A stretch of DNA of 64,000 nt, taken from IMG/VR virus record IMGVR_UViG_2711768037_000005, positions 3,040 through 67,039 of that record; one strand, written 5' to 3'. Positions within the stretch are counted from its first letter, which is position 1. Every line of letters starts with the position of its first letter. Positions 50,003 through 59,002 of this stretch are shown here, piece by piece. This DNA is from a virus (taxonomy: Duplodnaviria > Heunggongvirae > Uroviricota > Caudoviricetes). The notes under the pieces were generated by a model. That model made no database searches and was not told the origin of the DNA. It saw only the letters and a program-made list of their open reading frames with translations. A program made the position numbers and the translations under genes.

Positions 50003-50015
50003 GGCGGTTGTATGA
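49797..50015 (+). CDS. small secreted/membrane protein (Thr/Pro-rich)
   Basis: internal ATG with RBS AAGAGG 9 nt upstream; signal-like MAYVLIIVSLATVAVPA; stop overlaps start of next ORF (ATGA). Confidence 0.35.
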   Translation: MAYVLIIVSLATVAVPAGQSLLMPDSSITTPPSTTITTTPVERPVTLDGMTVDAIPQVHPVTQDHVVIKAVV

Positions 50016-50200
50016 ATTTTTTTTCAAATCACATCGGGAAAATTTGGTTGGCGATTCTAATCCTCATGTCTTCTGGTTGGGTATCGAACATTATAAAACT
50101 CGTTTGCTCTGGTGATCTCCAGTTCCAGGCTGGCATGACTCTGGCTCGTGTAGTTGGGATTTTTGTTTTTCCAGTCGGTTCGGTACTTGGTTATTTCTGA
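50012..50200 (+). CDS. small membrane protein
   Basis: 62 aa with two hydrophobic segments. Confidence 0.4.
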   Translation: MNFFSNHIGKIWLAILILMSSGWVSNIIKLVCSGDLQFQAGMTLARVVGIFVFPVGSVLGYF

Positions 50201-50293
50201 CGGCTGTTAGACCAAATGCATTGACCATCTTTGCGTAAGCAATTTATGTAACTAAAAAACAACTTGTTTTAACAAATAACAAAAGGAAAACAC

Positions 50294-50722
50294 ATGTTAG
50301 GTTTCTTCAAAAAGAAAACTCGTAAAGCTGTTATCGAAGTTAAAAAAATGGAGAACCGTGATGCGGTTGAAGCAACCGTGTGGGGCGCGTACATGATCTC
50401 CTATTCAGACGGCACATGTGATGCAAAAGAAATTGCCATTCTTGAGAAGACAATTTCTGCTCTGCCTGAGTTTTCTCCGTTTGCAGGTGAGATTGCCCAG
50501 ATGAGCGCAAACATTCGCTCTCAATACGAAGCATCACCACGCCGAGCTAATGCACAGGCTTTACGTGAGCTGGCTGATGTATCCGGGACCAATGATGCAG
50601 TAGATGTTCTGTGTCTGTGCATTGATATTGCCGATCAGGATGGTATTGGCGAACAAGAGGAGCTGGTGCTGAAAAAGATTGCCCAGGCACTTCAGTTGTC
50701 GCTGGATGCTTATCTCCAATGA
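50294..50722 (+). CDS. TerB-like domain protein
   Basis: 142 aa; all-helical with acidic patches (ISYSDGTCDAKEIAILEK ... DIADQDGIGEQEELVLKKIA) resembling the TerB fold; tentative. Confidence 0.4.
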   Translation: MLGFFKKKTRKAVIEVKKMENRDAVEATVWGAYMISYSDGTCDAKEIAILEKTISALPEFSPFAGEIAQMSANIRSQYEASPRRANAQALRELADVSGTNDAVDVLCLCIDIADQDGIGEQEELVLKKIAQALQLSLDAYLQ

Positions 50723-50878
50723 TCGAGAGATTCCGGCTTGTGATCGTCATTGCTCTTTTGGTGATGGCTGTGTTGGTGGATTTTACGGGAAAGATGATGT
50801 CTGTCATTTCTGATGGCGTCCTTATTGGTCTGGCGATCTACTTCGTTTATCCATTAGTCCGTAAAGCAACGTGTTAAT
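50720..50878 (+). CDS. small membrane protein (52 aa)
   Basis: overlaps TerB-like stop (ATGA); two hydrophobic helices; below ORF-track cutoff. Confidence 0.35.
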
Positions 50879-50879
50879 G

Positions 50880-50909
50880 ACAAGGGCCAGATGGCCCTTG
50901 TGTTTCGTT
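50880..50909 (+). terminator. rho-independent terminator
   Basis: ACAAGGGCC-AGA-TGGCCCTTGT followed by GTTTCGTT. Confidence 0.55.
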
Positions 50910-51016
50910 GACCGAAATAGATAGTTTGCGCCTTTACGTTTAGCTTTCTCCCCTTTTATGCAACATCACAATAAAGCCAATAAGAAAACAACTTGTTTAA
51001 CCATTAGGAAAAACAC

Positions 51017-51586
51017 ATGTGCAAGAAATGCAAAGCGATAGCTGATGAACAAAACGCCCTATTAGAAGAAATGGATGCTAATGAACTGGTCAAAATGTTA
51101 GCCATTCTTCGAGGAATAGAAGACGTTTCCATATTTGAGAGAGTGGTTACAGCACTTAATTTTGAGTCCACCTTTGAAGAGCCAACTCAGGTTGTAGCTT
51201 TAGCACATCATTTCGGTGTTCATTACCTTGCTGAAAAAGAGAGAGCCGATAAGTTGCAAGCGACTTTGGATATGGTGAGCGAGACTCAAGGAACTCATGA
51301 CGGTAACAAAAGTGAGACGATTATTGCCAGCAAAGATCGTGAAATTGCCGGGCTTAAATCCTCTCTAACGATGTTGATGTCTGCATTCAATCTGATGTCT
51401 TCTCAGGCGGGTTATAAAATGCCATCACTAAACAGCGACGATCCGATGGTAGTTCGTCAGCTTTTAGGAGCAATGGCTGACCAACTCGACGACACAAAGA
51501 GTCGCCTTGAAGACATGATGCGTGAGTTAAGCCATCGACATAACCTCGCAACACAACCACACAAAGCCTTTCAAAGCTCTAATTGA
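51017..51586 (+). CDS. hypothetical protein
   Basis: 189 aa ORF after AACAACTTGTTTAA motif and GGAAAAACACATG. Confidence 0.5.
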   Translation: MCKKCKAIADEQNALLEEMDANELVKMLAILRGIEDVSIFERVVTALNFESTFEEPTQVVALAHHFGVHYLAEKERADKLQATLDMVSETQGTHDGNKSETIIASKDREIAGLKSSLTMLMSAFNLMSSQAGYKMPSLNSDDPMVVRQLLGAMADQLDDTKSRLEDMMRELSHRHNLATQPHKAFQSSN

Positions 51587-51640
51587 TCTGATATGGCCGC
51601 ATGATCGGCCATATTATGTTGATAAAAACAAGGATGAAAA

Positions 51641-51922
51641 ATGGCATACGGTACAGGGATCTACAATAATAAGGGAGTTAACGTTACTGGCTTCCTTACT
51701 CCTATTTTTTTTCTTGATCGATTTACAACCACGTCAGGCTCTAAGACTTACCCAAATCCACCACCTGGCAAATCATTACATGCCGTGTGCTCATTGATGC
51801 CTTTAAATAACGATAACCATGTAAATATACCTACACCAACTATCAATATTAACGGCAATACAGTCAGTTGGTCAAATTTATACAAGGGACTTGGATCTTA
51901 TATATATACATATTGGGGATAA
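51641..51922 (+). CDS. hypothetical protein (AT-rich island)
   Basis: 93 aa ORF; strongly AT-rich codon usage unlike neighbours. Confidence 0.4.
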   Translation: MAYGTGIYNNKGVNVTGFLTPIFFLDRFTTTSGSKTYPNPPPGKSLHAVCSLMPLNNDNHVNIPTPTININGNTVSWSNLYKGLGSYIYTYWG

Positions 51923-51928
51923 CAATAA

Positions 51929-52542
51929 TGTTCGGGATGTCAATTACTCAGTCAAATGGTAATGTGTGGATGAGTCCAGAATTTACACCGCAAAATTTGA
52001 TTAATAGGGGGACAATGTCCACGTCTAAAGGTTCTGTTTTTAAGACTTCAATACCGTCAAACAAATCATGTTTTTTCTTTATAAAAAGCAGTAATAAGGC
52101 GAATATGATGTTCGTTCATGAATTTAGAGATGGGTATAATGCTCTCAGACTGAATCAGGTTGGAGGAAACCCCGGAACGATAACAGTTTATGCTTTTTCT
52201 GATATGGTGTTACCACATTCAGGATATGGTATTGCCATGTATAATCGTGCAGGTGAAATGGTATATCACGGTGAGATGATGCCTCTTGATGCAGAGATTA
52301 TCACTATTACAAATCCTCAATTTACCATAAATATGGGATACCCGTGTGCGATAATGCCTGCAATGGTTGGAGTATATAACTACAGACGAACACCTTACGA
52401 CAGACCTGTATACGTAACAATGACAGGCGCAACGGGAAACCAAATATATAATGGTGAATGGTATTCAAGTAATGTTACATGGGATGTAAAAAAACTATAT
52501 ACAAATAAAGTCCTGGTTATAAATACATCCAAGTATGATTAG
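51929..52542 (+). CDS. hypothetical protein (AT-rich island)
   Basis: start set at ATG 51929 just after previous stop with RBS GGGGA (ORF track extends to 51868); Asn/Tyr/Thr/Gly-rich, beta-rich composition. Confidence 0.45.
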
Positions 52543-52645
52543 TCAATGCCTTTATTTTAAGTATTGCCTGTTAATTTCTATTTAGCACCTTTTTATTTTT
52601 GAAATAATTGCATCATTAAACAAATCATTTCTTAATGGTGCAATT

Positions 52646-54331
52646 ATGAATACAGCCCTTTCCATCATGGACGATGCCAGCTCAAACACTGCTATCGACT
52701 ATCGACAGGAAATGAACGTCATCCACGAAATTGTGGCCGAGTGCGAGAAAGAGATCTCCTTCATGTATCAGGTACACGACTTCGTTTATGGCGATGAACG
52801 CCACAACATGATTAATCGCCTGCTTCGACTAAACCACCGACCAGATGAAGATCGCTCACGTTTGAATCGAGTCTGGCTGGATAACGTCGATCTGGAATGG
52901 GTGAAACAGAATATTTGGGCCGAGTACTGGAGGAAGGTCACGGACATGACTAACGTTTTGCTGATCATGCCAGCTTCCCGTCGAGATGAGTGGCGCGAGC
53001 AGTTTATAGAGGGCAAACAGGAAGTCACCAAAACTGACAGAACAGGCTACCAGATGAAGGTTAAAGAGTTCGTTGGTGTACCGGAGTTCAAAGCAGAAAC
53101 GGTCATACCCACGATGCTTAATTTGCTGAATGACAGGCACAAATATCTCTCTGAGCGCGTGTATGGCTTGTTTAAGGCGCTGAGTCCTGCGCACAAGACA
53201 AATAAGACAAACGGTTTCAGCGAGCGGCTGATAATCGCTGACTGCATTTCTGATTTCTGGCGGGACAGCGTTAGCGTGAACTATCGCAAAGAGGACTACA
53301 TCGACGATCTGCGTGTCTTGCTTCATTTCTTCGCGCACAAAGAATTTATTACCATCAACCGCACTGCTGAGGTGTTATCAGCTGCGTATCGGGCAAACGA
53401 CTGCCAGACCGGTGACTGGATGAACGTCGATGGAAATCTGATGCGCGTGAAGATGTTCAAGAACGGCAACGTTCACTTTGAAATACATCCTGACGTGGCT
53501 TGGAAGTTGAATGAGGTGCTGGCTTACAGTATGCCTGCTGCAATCCCCGCGCCATGCCGAACTGCGCCAAAAACACGGGCACCAAAGCAGTTCGGGTTAA
53601 TCCAGAAGACGATCTCCGTGCCGGTTCGCACTGCGCTTCGTGACGGGCGATTAAGCAAAGACAAAGGCGTATGGTACTTCTCTGATTCAGCTCTCCAGAA
53701 GTCGCAGATGGAAGAGCTTGAGCGCACACTGAGCTTCATTGGCGGCGTGCAGGAGAAAAAGCACTGGCAGTTCCCGTATGAGATCGACCATACGCTAAAT
53801 ACGATTGTGGCTACCGGTTTAATACCGGATACAAAATCACACCAGTTCTACCCTACCCCACGCTTGATTGCTGAGTACGTTGCCAGAGCCACTGAATTGA
53901 AGCCTGGTGAGAAGCTGCTTGAGCCTCACGCCGGACGTGGGGATCTTCTGGCCTATATTAACGCCGATCTGGAAGATGTTACCTGTATAGAAATCGCACC
54001 TCTCTTCGCTGATATCCTGCGTGGAAAAGGGTATACGAACACGATTTGCTGCGACTTCATAAAGTGGTCTGAGGACAACGCAGGTTATCAGTTCGACAAA
54101 ATCGTTATGAACCCGCCGTACTCGCTTGGTCGTCATAGAGTGCACACACTGGCTGCGCTGGGGCATCTGAAAGTCGGCGGGCGTCTTGTAGCAGTATTGC
54201 CGGGCACTGCGCCAATACTGGACTGGATGACGATGGATAATTACGTTTATGCCAGAGGGAAGTCGTTTACCAACGAGTTTGAAGACACAGGGATCACAGT
54301 CAGCGTATACGTTTTCAAACGCGTTAAATAA
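52646..54331 (+). CDS. DNA methyltransferase-like protein: N-terminal ~430-aa unknown domain + C-terminal N6-adenine MTase-like catalytic domain
   Basis: C-terminal motifs in order FYPTP (motif X-like), LLEPHAGRGDL (SAM-binding motif I-like), IVMNPPYSLG (motif IV). Confidence 0.5.
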   Translation: MNTALSIMDDASSNTAIDYRQEMNVIHEIVAECEKEISFMYQVHDFVYGDERHNMINRLLRLNHRPDEDRSRLNRVWLDNVDLEWVKQNIWAEYWRKVTDMTNVLLIMPASRRDEWREQFIEGKQEVTKTDRTGYQMKVKEFVGVPEFKAETVIPTMLNLLNDRHKYLSERVYGLFKALSPAHKTNKTNGFSERLIIADCISDFWRDSVSVNYRKEDYIDDLRVLLHFFAHKEFITINRTAEVLSAAYRANDCQTGDWMNVDGNLMRVKMFKNGNVHFEIHPDVAWKLNEVLAYSMPAAIPAPCRTAPKTRAPKQFGLIQKTISVPVRTALRDGRLSKDKGVWYFSDSALQKSQMEELERTLSFIGGVQEKKHWQFPYEIDHTLNTIVATGLIPDTKSHQFYPTPRLIAEYVARATELKPGEKLLEPHAGRGDLLAYINADLEDVTCIEIAPLFADILRGKGYTNTICCDFIKWSEDNAGYQFDKIVMNPPYSLGRHRVHTLAALGHLKVGGRLVAVLPGTAPILDWMTMDNYVYARGKSFTNEFEDTGITVSVYVFKRVK

Positions 54332-54392
54332 TAGGTAAATACTTACCTAATTTGTGTAAGAATGTAGTTACTAAACGATAAGAGAAAAACAC

Positions 54393-55097
54393 ATGAACAA
54401 CCTCCAGTTAGAGCATTTTAACGTCACAGGCCATTCTGATTTTCCTTTCAAGTTTACATTGAAAGGTTATGCAGAGGATGCGGTAGGCCAGATCATTATT
54501 GATAAAGGCATCGTTAAGTTTGAGGGGGATTTTGATGAATCCGCGAAAACATTCATAGACTTCGTTGCCAAACGTTGGAGCGAGCAATGGAAAAACCTGG
54601 AAAAGCGCGCCAATGAGTTTGATCGGTTCATGGATGCAATGGATGCAGCAAAAGAGGCTCTTGATGCCGGGACTCCGTTAGATCTGGAGTCACTTTTCAA
54701 CGGCGAAGTGGCCTCTGCGATGTTCGCCACCATGTTCGCGGGTGAGTTCGTCCGCAGCGGTGCCAAAAACTACCTTGAGCTGGATTACAACGTCCCTGCA
54801 ATTGGCGATTTCGTCGTTACCATCCAACGCAAAGAAGGTAAGACGCCAGGTGAACGCGTCGCAGAGCTTGAGGCCGTTGTGGATCAGCGTAACGGAGAGT
54901 GTGACCGTTTGATCAACGAGCTTCATGCACTTCGGGAAGAAAGAATATGCGCGGGTAGTAATACACGTAATGCAGCGGATATCTACTTCCAGTTAGTTGA
55001 GGAATGCCAGATTCCACCAGGTGGCTCTCTTGTCGATTACGTAAGACATTTAATGGCGGAAGTTAGCTCCAGCCATAAAGATGGTGAGGTGCGCTGA
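54393..55097 (+). CDS. hypothetical protein
   Basis: 234 aa ORF after motif-A palindrome and GAGAAAAACACATG. Confidence 0.5.
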   Translation: MNNLQLEHFNVTGHSDFPFKFTLKGYAEDAVGQIIIDKGIVKFEGDFDESAKTFIDFVAKRWSEQWKNLEKRANEFDRFMDAMDAAKEALDAGTPLDLESLFNGEVASAMFATMFAGEFVRSGAKNYLELDYNVPAIGDFVVTIQRKEGKTPGERVAELEAVVDQRNGECDRLINELHALREERICAGSNTRNAADIYFQLVEECQIPPGGSLVDYVRHLMAEVSSSHKDGEVR

Positions 55098-55477
55098 TGT
55101 TTGGCATTGATGCACAGCGTATAGCAGCTTTTGCAAAAAGCCCTCTTGATAATCTCTTGTCTCGTAGTGAGCAAATGGCGCTGGCAAGGCTTTTTCTTCA
55201 CATTCAAAAACAGGCAGACATTTTCAATAACATGCCTGATCAACCTATTCTGGATGGTCACATCCAGATGGTCATTAACAGTCATGAGAAAGGCTGGGCT
55301 GCAATCGTCCCCTGCACAATTACATACAAGTTGGCGAAAGAGGTTCAAGAGTTTCGAAAAGCCAGTGTCGAATCGGAGTCTACCAAAGCCGCAATAAACA
55401 CTCTTATTCGCATGGGGTTCACATGGAACGGTGGGGCCTACTGGCAAGCACCTCACCCCATTTTATCCGGCAATTAG
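55097..55477 (+). CDS. hypothetical protein
   Basis: 126 aa, start overlaps previous stop. Confidence 0.45.
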   Translation: MFGIDAQRIAAFAKSPLDNLLSRSEQMALARLFLHIQKQADIFNNMPDQPILDGHIQMVINSHEKGWAAIVPCTITYKLAKEVQEFRKASVESESTKAAINTLIRMGFTWNGGAYWQAPHPILSGN

Positions 55478-55507
55478 ACGCTACAAATCCTTCGGCATGA
55501 ATAAATA

Positions 55508-55575
55508 AAGGCCATAAGTTGTGGCCTTAAATAAATTGTTTTCTACCTTTTCTTGTTTGTGAAAATAACCACGAC
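55508..55575. repeat. ~65-bp direct repeat unit, copy A (GC hairpin AAGGCCATAAGTTGTGGCCTT + AAATTGTTTTCTACCTTTTCTTGTTTGTGAAAAT)
   Basis: ~85% identical by eye to copy B at 61781-61853; hairpin plus T-rich tract looks like terminator plus promoter/operator. Confidence 0.6.
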
Positions 55576-55596
55576 TAGAAAACAACGGAGTTAAGA

Positions 55597-56238
55597 ATGT
55601 CTAGTATTTCCGAAGCACATATGTTCGCCGCTGGCGCTCATGGTGGCGTTGGTCAGAAAAGAAAATATACCGGCGAAGACTACATCAACCACCCGGTTGC
55701 TGTCCGAGATATTGTTGCATTGCATGACGGAACCGTGGAGATGCAGATCGCGGCGCTTCTGCATGATGTGGTCGAAGACACCAATGTAACCATAGAGATG
55801 GTTCGTGATCACTTCGGTGAGCGCGTAGCTGAAATGGTTCAGGCTCTGACCAACATTGCAAGGTCAGAAGACGGCAATCGAATACAGCGTTTCATCATCA
55901 ATGTCCGGGAGCTGGAGCAAAATCTCGACATGCAGACGCGCATGATCAAGCTGGCTGACCTGCTCGACAATACCTCTTCTATTGTGAGTCGCGATCCTGA
56001 GTTTTCAGCTATCTACCTTGCAGAGAAAGAGCTGATGCTGGACGTACTTTTTAACGGGAAGGAGATTGGTGCCAACGCTGATGTTGTCGAGTACATGGAG
56101 AGGATAGGTATAGAACACCCGTTGTTATTAAGCGCAAAGGCGAAAGTCACTGAAGGTATTGCGCTTCTGAAACCGGTACACATCAAACGTTATGAAAAAC
56201 ACAAATCGCTGATCTGGAGCGCGTGGGAGGCTGCATGA
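55597..56238 (+). CDS. HD-domain phosphohydrolase, SpoT/RelA-hydrolase-like (small alarmone hydrolase candidate)
   Basis: 213 aa; HPVAVRDIVA...AALLHDVVEDT matches the H...HD motif of (p)ppGpp hydrolase HD domains; no synthetase domain. Confidence 0.55.
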   Translation: MSSISEAHMFAAGAHGGVGQKRKYTGEDYINHPVAVRDIVALHDGTVEMQIAALLHDVVEDTNVTIEMVRDHFGERVAEMVQALTNIARSEDGNRIQRFIINVRELEQNLDMQTRMIKLADLLDNTSSIVSRDPEFSAIYLAEKELMLDVLFNGKEIGANADVVEYMERIGIEHPLLLSAKAKVTEGIALLKPVHIKRYEKHKSLIWSAWEAA

Positions 56239-56777
56239 AGGTAGAAAAAATAGATGTTCTTTCCTTTGTGTTGACAGAGCTGGAGCGTCTCGATCCGGTT
56301 CGAGTGATGATTGAAAACTACGAACCTGGTAAGGGAAGAATCACCATCACCTGCTACGGAAAAGCCTGGACAGCGGCTTGGTTTGCTATGGGCGGTGATG
56401 ATGTGCAGACGTTCATTAAGCGAGTTAGCAACGACTATCTAATCGACAATTTCGACCCTCAACTGCTAAGCACGGTCGACGATGACAACGATGCAAATCT
56501 GCTTTTCGTGAAGTCAGAAATCATAAAGTTACGAAGAGAGAGAGAAATCGACGCCGTACAGGCTCGCGAAATGTGGGACGAGGCGGAAAACGCTGATGAC
56601 GTAAAAGAAAGCTGCTGTTGTTTCGGCGTCGGTAACAAACTGCTGAATCTCTTTGGTGATGATCCGTGGTATGCCGACTGGCCAACTGTACCAAACCCGA
56701 AATACCAGTATCTGGAACGCATTGTGAACGCGGTACGTGAAGGGCTGAAAGAGTTAGACAAGTTAGAGGCATCGTAA
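56223..56777 (+). CDS. hypothetical protein
   Basis: 184 aa ORF. Confidence 0.45.
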   Translation: MGGCMKVEKIDVLSFVLTELERLDPVRVMIENYEPGKGRITITCYGKAWTAAWFAMGGDDVQTFIKRVSNDYLIDNFDPQLLSTVDDDNDANLLFVKSEIIKLRREREIDAVQAREMWDEAENADDVKESCCCFGVGNKLLNLFGDDPWYADWPTVPNPKYQYLERIVNAVREGLKELDKLEAS

Positions 56778-57313
56778 TGAGAGAGAAAATCAAGAACCCG
56801 GTCGTCGTATTGTATAAACGGGAAACCAGCGATTCTTATGCGGTATCCATCACTGATGGAAGCCAGAACATGCACGATGGTCTGCTAATGGCCTCCGTAT
56901 CTCCTGATGATTCGGACTACCCTTTCGCCACTTTCGCTATGGTTGGTTACTACATGGCTGCCGAAATTGAGAAGTTGCGGGCGCAGAGAGACGCATTAGC
57001 GGCGGAGAATGTGGCATTGCGATCTAAGGCTGCGGAACTGGCACATGAAGCGTCAAAAATTTACTCGGCATATAACGCCACTATCACAGAGCCTGACGGG
57101 GATTTTATGGACATGCAGACATTGCATGAAATGCAGTGCATAGAAACCCCAGCCACCGATGCTTTCCTGGCTGAAATTGAACGCAAAGCAATCCGCAAGT
57201 TCATTAACAGCATTGAACACATCCTGCGTGACAAGCTGTCACCGTATGACACCGAAGAGATGCTTGAGGCTATGCGTATTTTTCTGGAAGAACAGGGAGG
57301 TGAGCAAAAATGA
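56777..57313 (+). CDS. hypothetical protein with coiled-coil (lambdoid Ea22-like region protein?)
   Basis: 178 aa; coiled-coil LRAQRDALAAENVALRSKAAEL; family assignment tentative. Confidence 0.4.
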   Translation: MREKIKNPVVVLYKRETSDSYAVSITDGSQNMHDGLLMASVSPDDSDYPFATFAMVGYYMAAEIEKLRAQRDALAAENVALRSKAAELAHEASKIYSAYNATITEPDGDFMDMQTLHEMQCIETPATDAFLAEIERKAIRKFINSIEHILRDKLSPYDTEEMLEAMRIFLEEQGGEQK

Positions 57314-57624
57314 CAATCACAAAACAACGGGTAGAAAAAATCATATATCGCCATGAAATGGGACTGAACAGCGATGTCACTGCCGAAGAGGTTTATGACC
57401 TAGCTGTACTGGCGCTGAATTTATCAAATATCGCAAACCTGAAGCGATACGAGCTTGATATGGATGGTTGCGACTCGTGCGGTCAGGATTGTGGCGCTGA
57501 CATGACTGAAGATCCTGATGGTGATTATGTCCTGTTTGATGACGTGGTTAAGTTGTTTGAATTTGATACAACCACTCAAAAGTTAGAAAGCCCAGCAAAG
57601 GAGTCATCCAGTGAGCAAGATTGA
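57310..57624 (+). CDS. hypothetical protein
   Basis: 104 aa; contains CDSCGQDCG. Confidence 0.4.
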   Translation: MTITKQRVEKIIYRHEMGLNSDVTAEEVYDLAVLALNLSNIANLKRYELDMDGCDSCGQDCGADMTEDPDGDYVLFDDVVKLFEFDTTTQKLESPAKESSSEQD

Positions 57625-58126
57625 CTATCAGGCACTGCGTGAGGCGGCAGAGCGTGCAATTCCGGCAATGGAACGCCTGTTAATGTTGCCAGTTGATGAT
57701 GAGCTGATAAGCGAACAGGAACTTAAAGATAGCGGTGTTGATATTGATGCGCTCAACGCCTTCAAATTTCTGGCCGGACCAGAAACCGTGCTGGCGCTAC
57801 TGGATGAGAGCAACGCATTAGAGGAAACGCGTATCAACGATGTTTGTCGTATTGCAGAACTAACAAAACAACTGGAGTTGGCAAAATCAAAACTCAACGA
57901 GCAGCGTGAGTATTACGAGGGCGTTATCTCGGATGGAAGTAAGCGTATTGCTGAACTGGAAGCGCGGGAAGTTCAATTACCGACTCGCTACGACCTTCGA
58001 TATGGACACCCGATAAATGCAGATGAGCGACATGTCATGATACCTAAAGAAAATGGCAGTTGGCTTTACCTGATTGACCTAGAACACGCATTACGCGTCG
58101 CTGGCATTCGCATCAAAGGAGAGTGA
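57611..58126 (+). CDS. hypothetical protein (Ead/Ea22-like N-terminus?)
   Basis: 171 aa; N-terminus [16 protein letters not shown] resembles lambdoid Ead/Ea22-like proteins as remembered; tentative. Confidence 0.4.
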   Translation: MSKIDYQALREAAERAIPAMERLLMLPVDDELISEQELKDSGVDIDALNAFKFLAGPETVLALLDESNALEETRINDVCRIAELTKQLELAKSKLNEQREYYEGVISDGSKRIAELEAREVQLPTRYDLRYGHPINADERHVMIPKENGSWLYLIDLEHALRVAGIRIKGE

Positions 58127-58127
58127 G

Positions 58128-58451
58128 ATGGCCACATCGCATTATGCAATCACCCAGGAAAAAGTATTTCGCTTGCTCGAACGTCTGGAGGCGCTCGCCA
58201 CGGAGGAAGATATATCCCCGGAGATGCTGGTTGAGTGCAGCCGTGTGATATTGCGTCACAAGAACGACATCGCGCGGCTGACATCTGGCGCACCATCCGT
58301 ATCAGCCAGTCCAACGCTTTATTGCAGCTTCTGCAACAAATCCCAGCACACCGTTAAAAAGTTAATTGCCGGGGACAACGTTTTCATCTGCAACGAGTGC
58401 GTGAAAGATTGCAACAACATTATCCAGGAAGATCAAAGGGAATCAGCATGA
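58128..58451 (+). CDS. protein with C-terminal ClpX-type C4 zinc-binding domain (ZBD) fused to a novel N-terminal region
   Basis: C-terminal [39 protein letters not shown] is ~75% identical by eye to the E. coli ClpX N-domain [39 protein letters not shown], including all four Cys; no AAA+ module follows. Confidence 0.75.
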   Translation: MATSHYAITQEKVFRLLERLEALATEEDISPEMLVECSRVILRHKNDIARLTSGAPSVSASPTLYCSFCNKSQHTVKKLIAGDNVFICNECVKDCNNIIQEDQRESA

Positions 58452-59002
58452 AATTTTCCAAATTTTCTGAGTTGGTGAATCGTATTTTGTCCAACAACCA
58501 CAGCCATCGTCGCGATATGGATGTAACGATCGTTGTTCATTCGCCTGGTCGCATCGGTTCAACACCATCAGTTGAGGTTCAGTCAATTCAGGCGGGTTTT
58601 GATTGGGATGCCGGGCAAGTGATGATTTTTCCAGCACAGCCACTGACCACGCTAACACCAGAGCAGGTTGCTGATATCACTGATAGTGTGCGCAAAGGTC
58701 AGTCTTGGCACGCGTATCAGGAATACAAGAAGCATAAAGAGCAGTTGGAAAAATTGTCGATGGAGTTGGAAGCCGCTAAACAGCGGGAAAAAGATCTGTT
58801 TATGGAAAATGTTCGACTTAAGTCAGGTATAGCCGGTCTGATACACCTCGGTATTCGATATGCGGATGTTGAGGTCATGAAAATTGCTGGAGATGCCCAG
58901 CTTTCTACTCCATGCACTGACAGCATCATAAACAGCATTGCAGCAGGCATTTTCACCAAAGAGGGGGGTCAGCACGATGAGAACACTAGAAGTTCGCGCT
59001 GA
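58449..59002 (+). CDS. hypothetical protein
   Basis: start at ATG 58449 with RBS AAGGGAA (ORF track extends to 58397). Confidence 0.45.
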
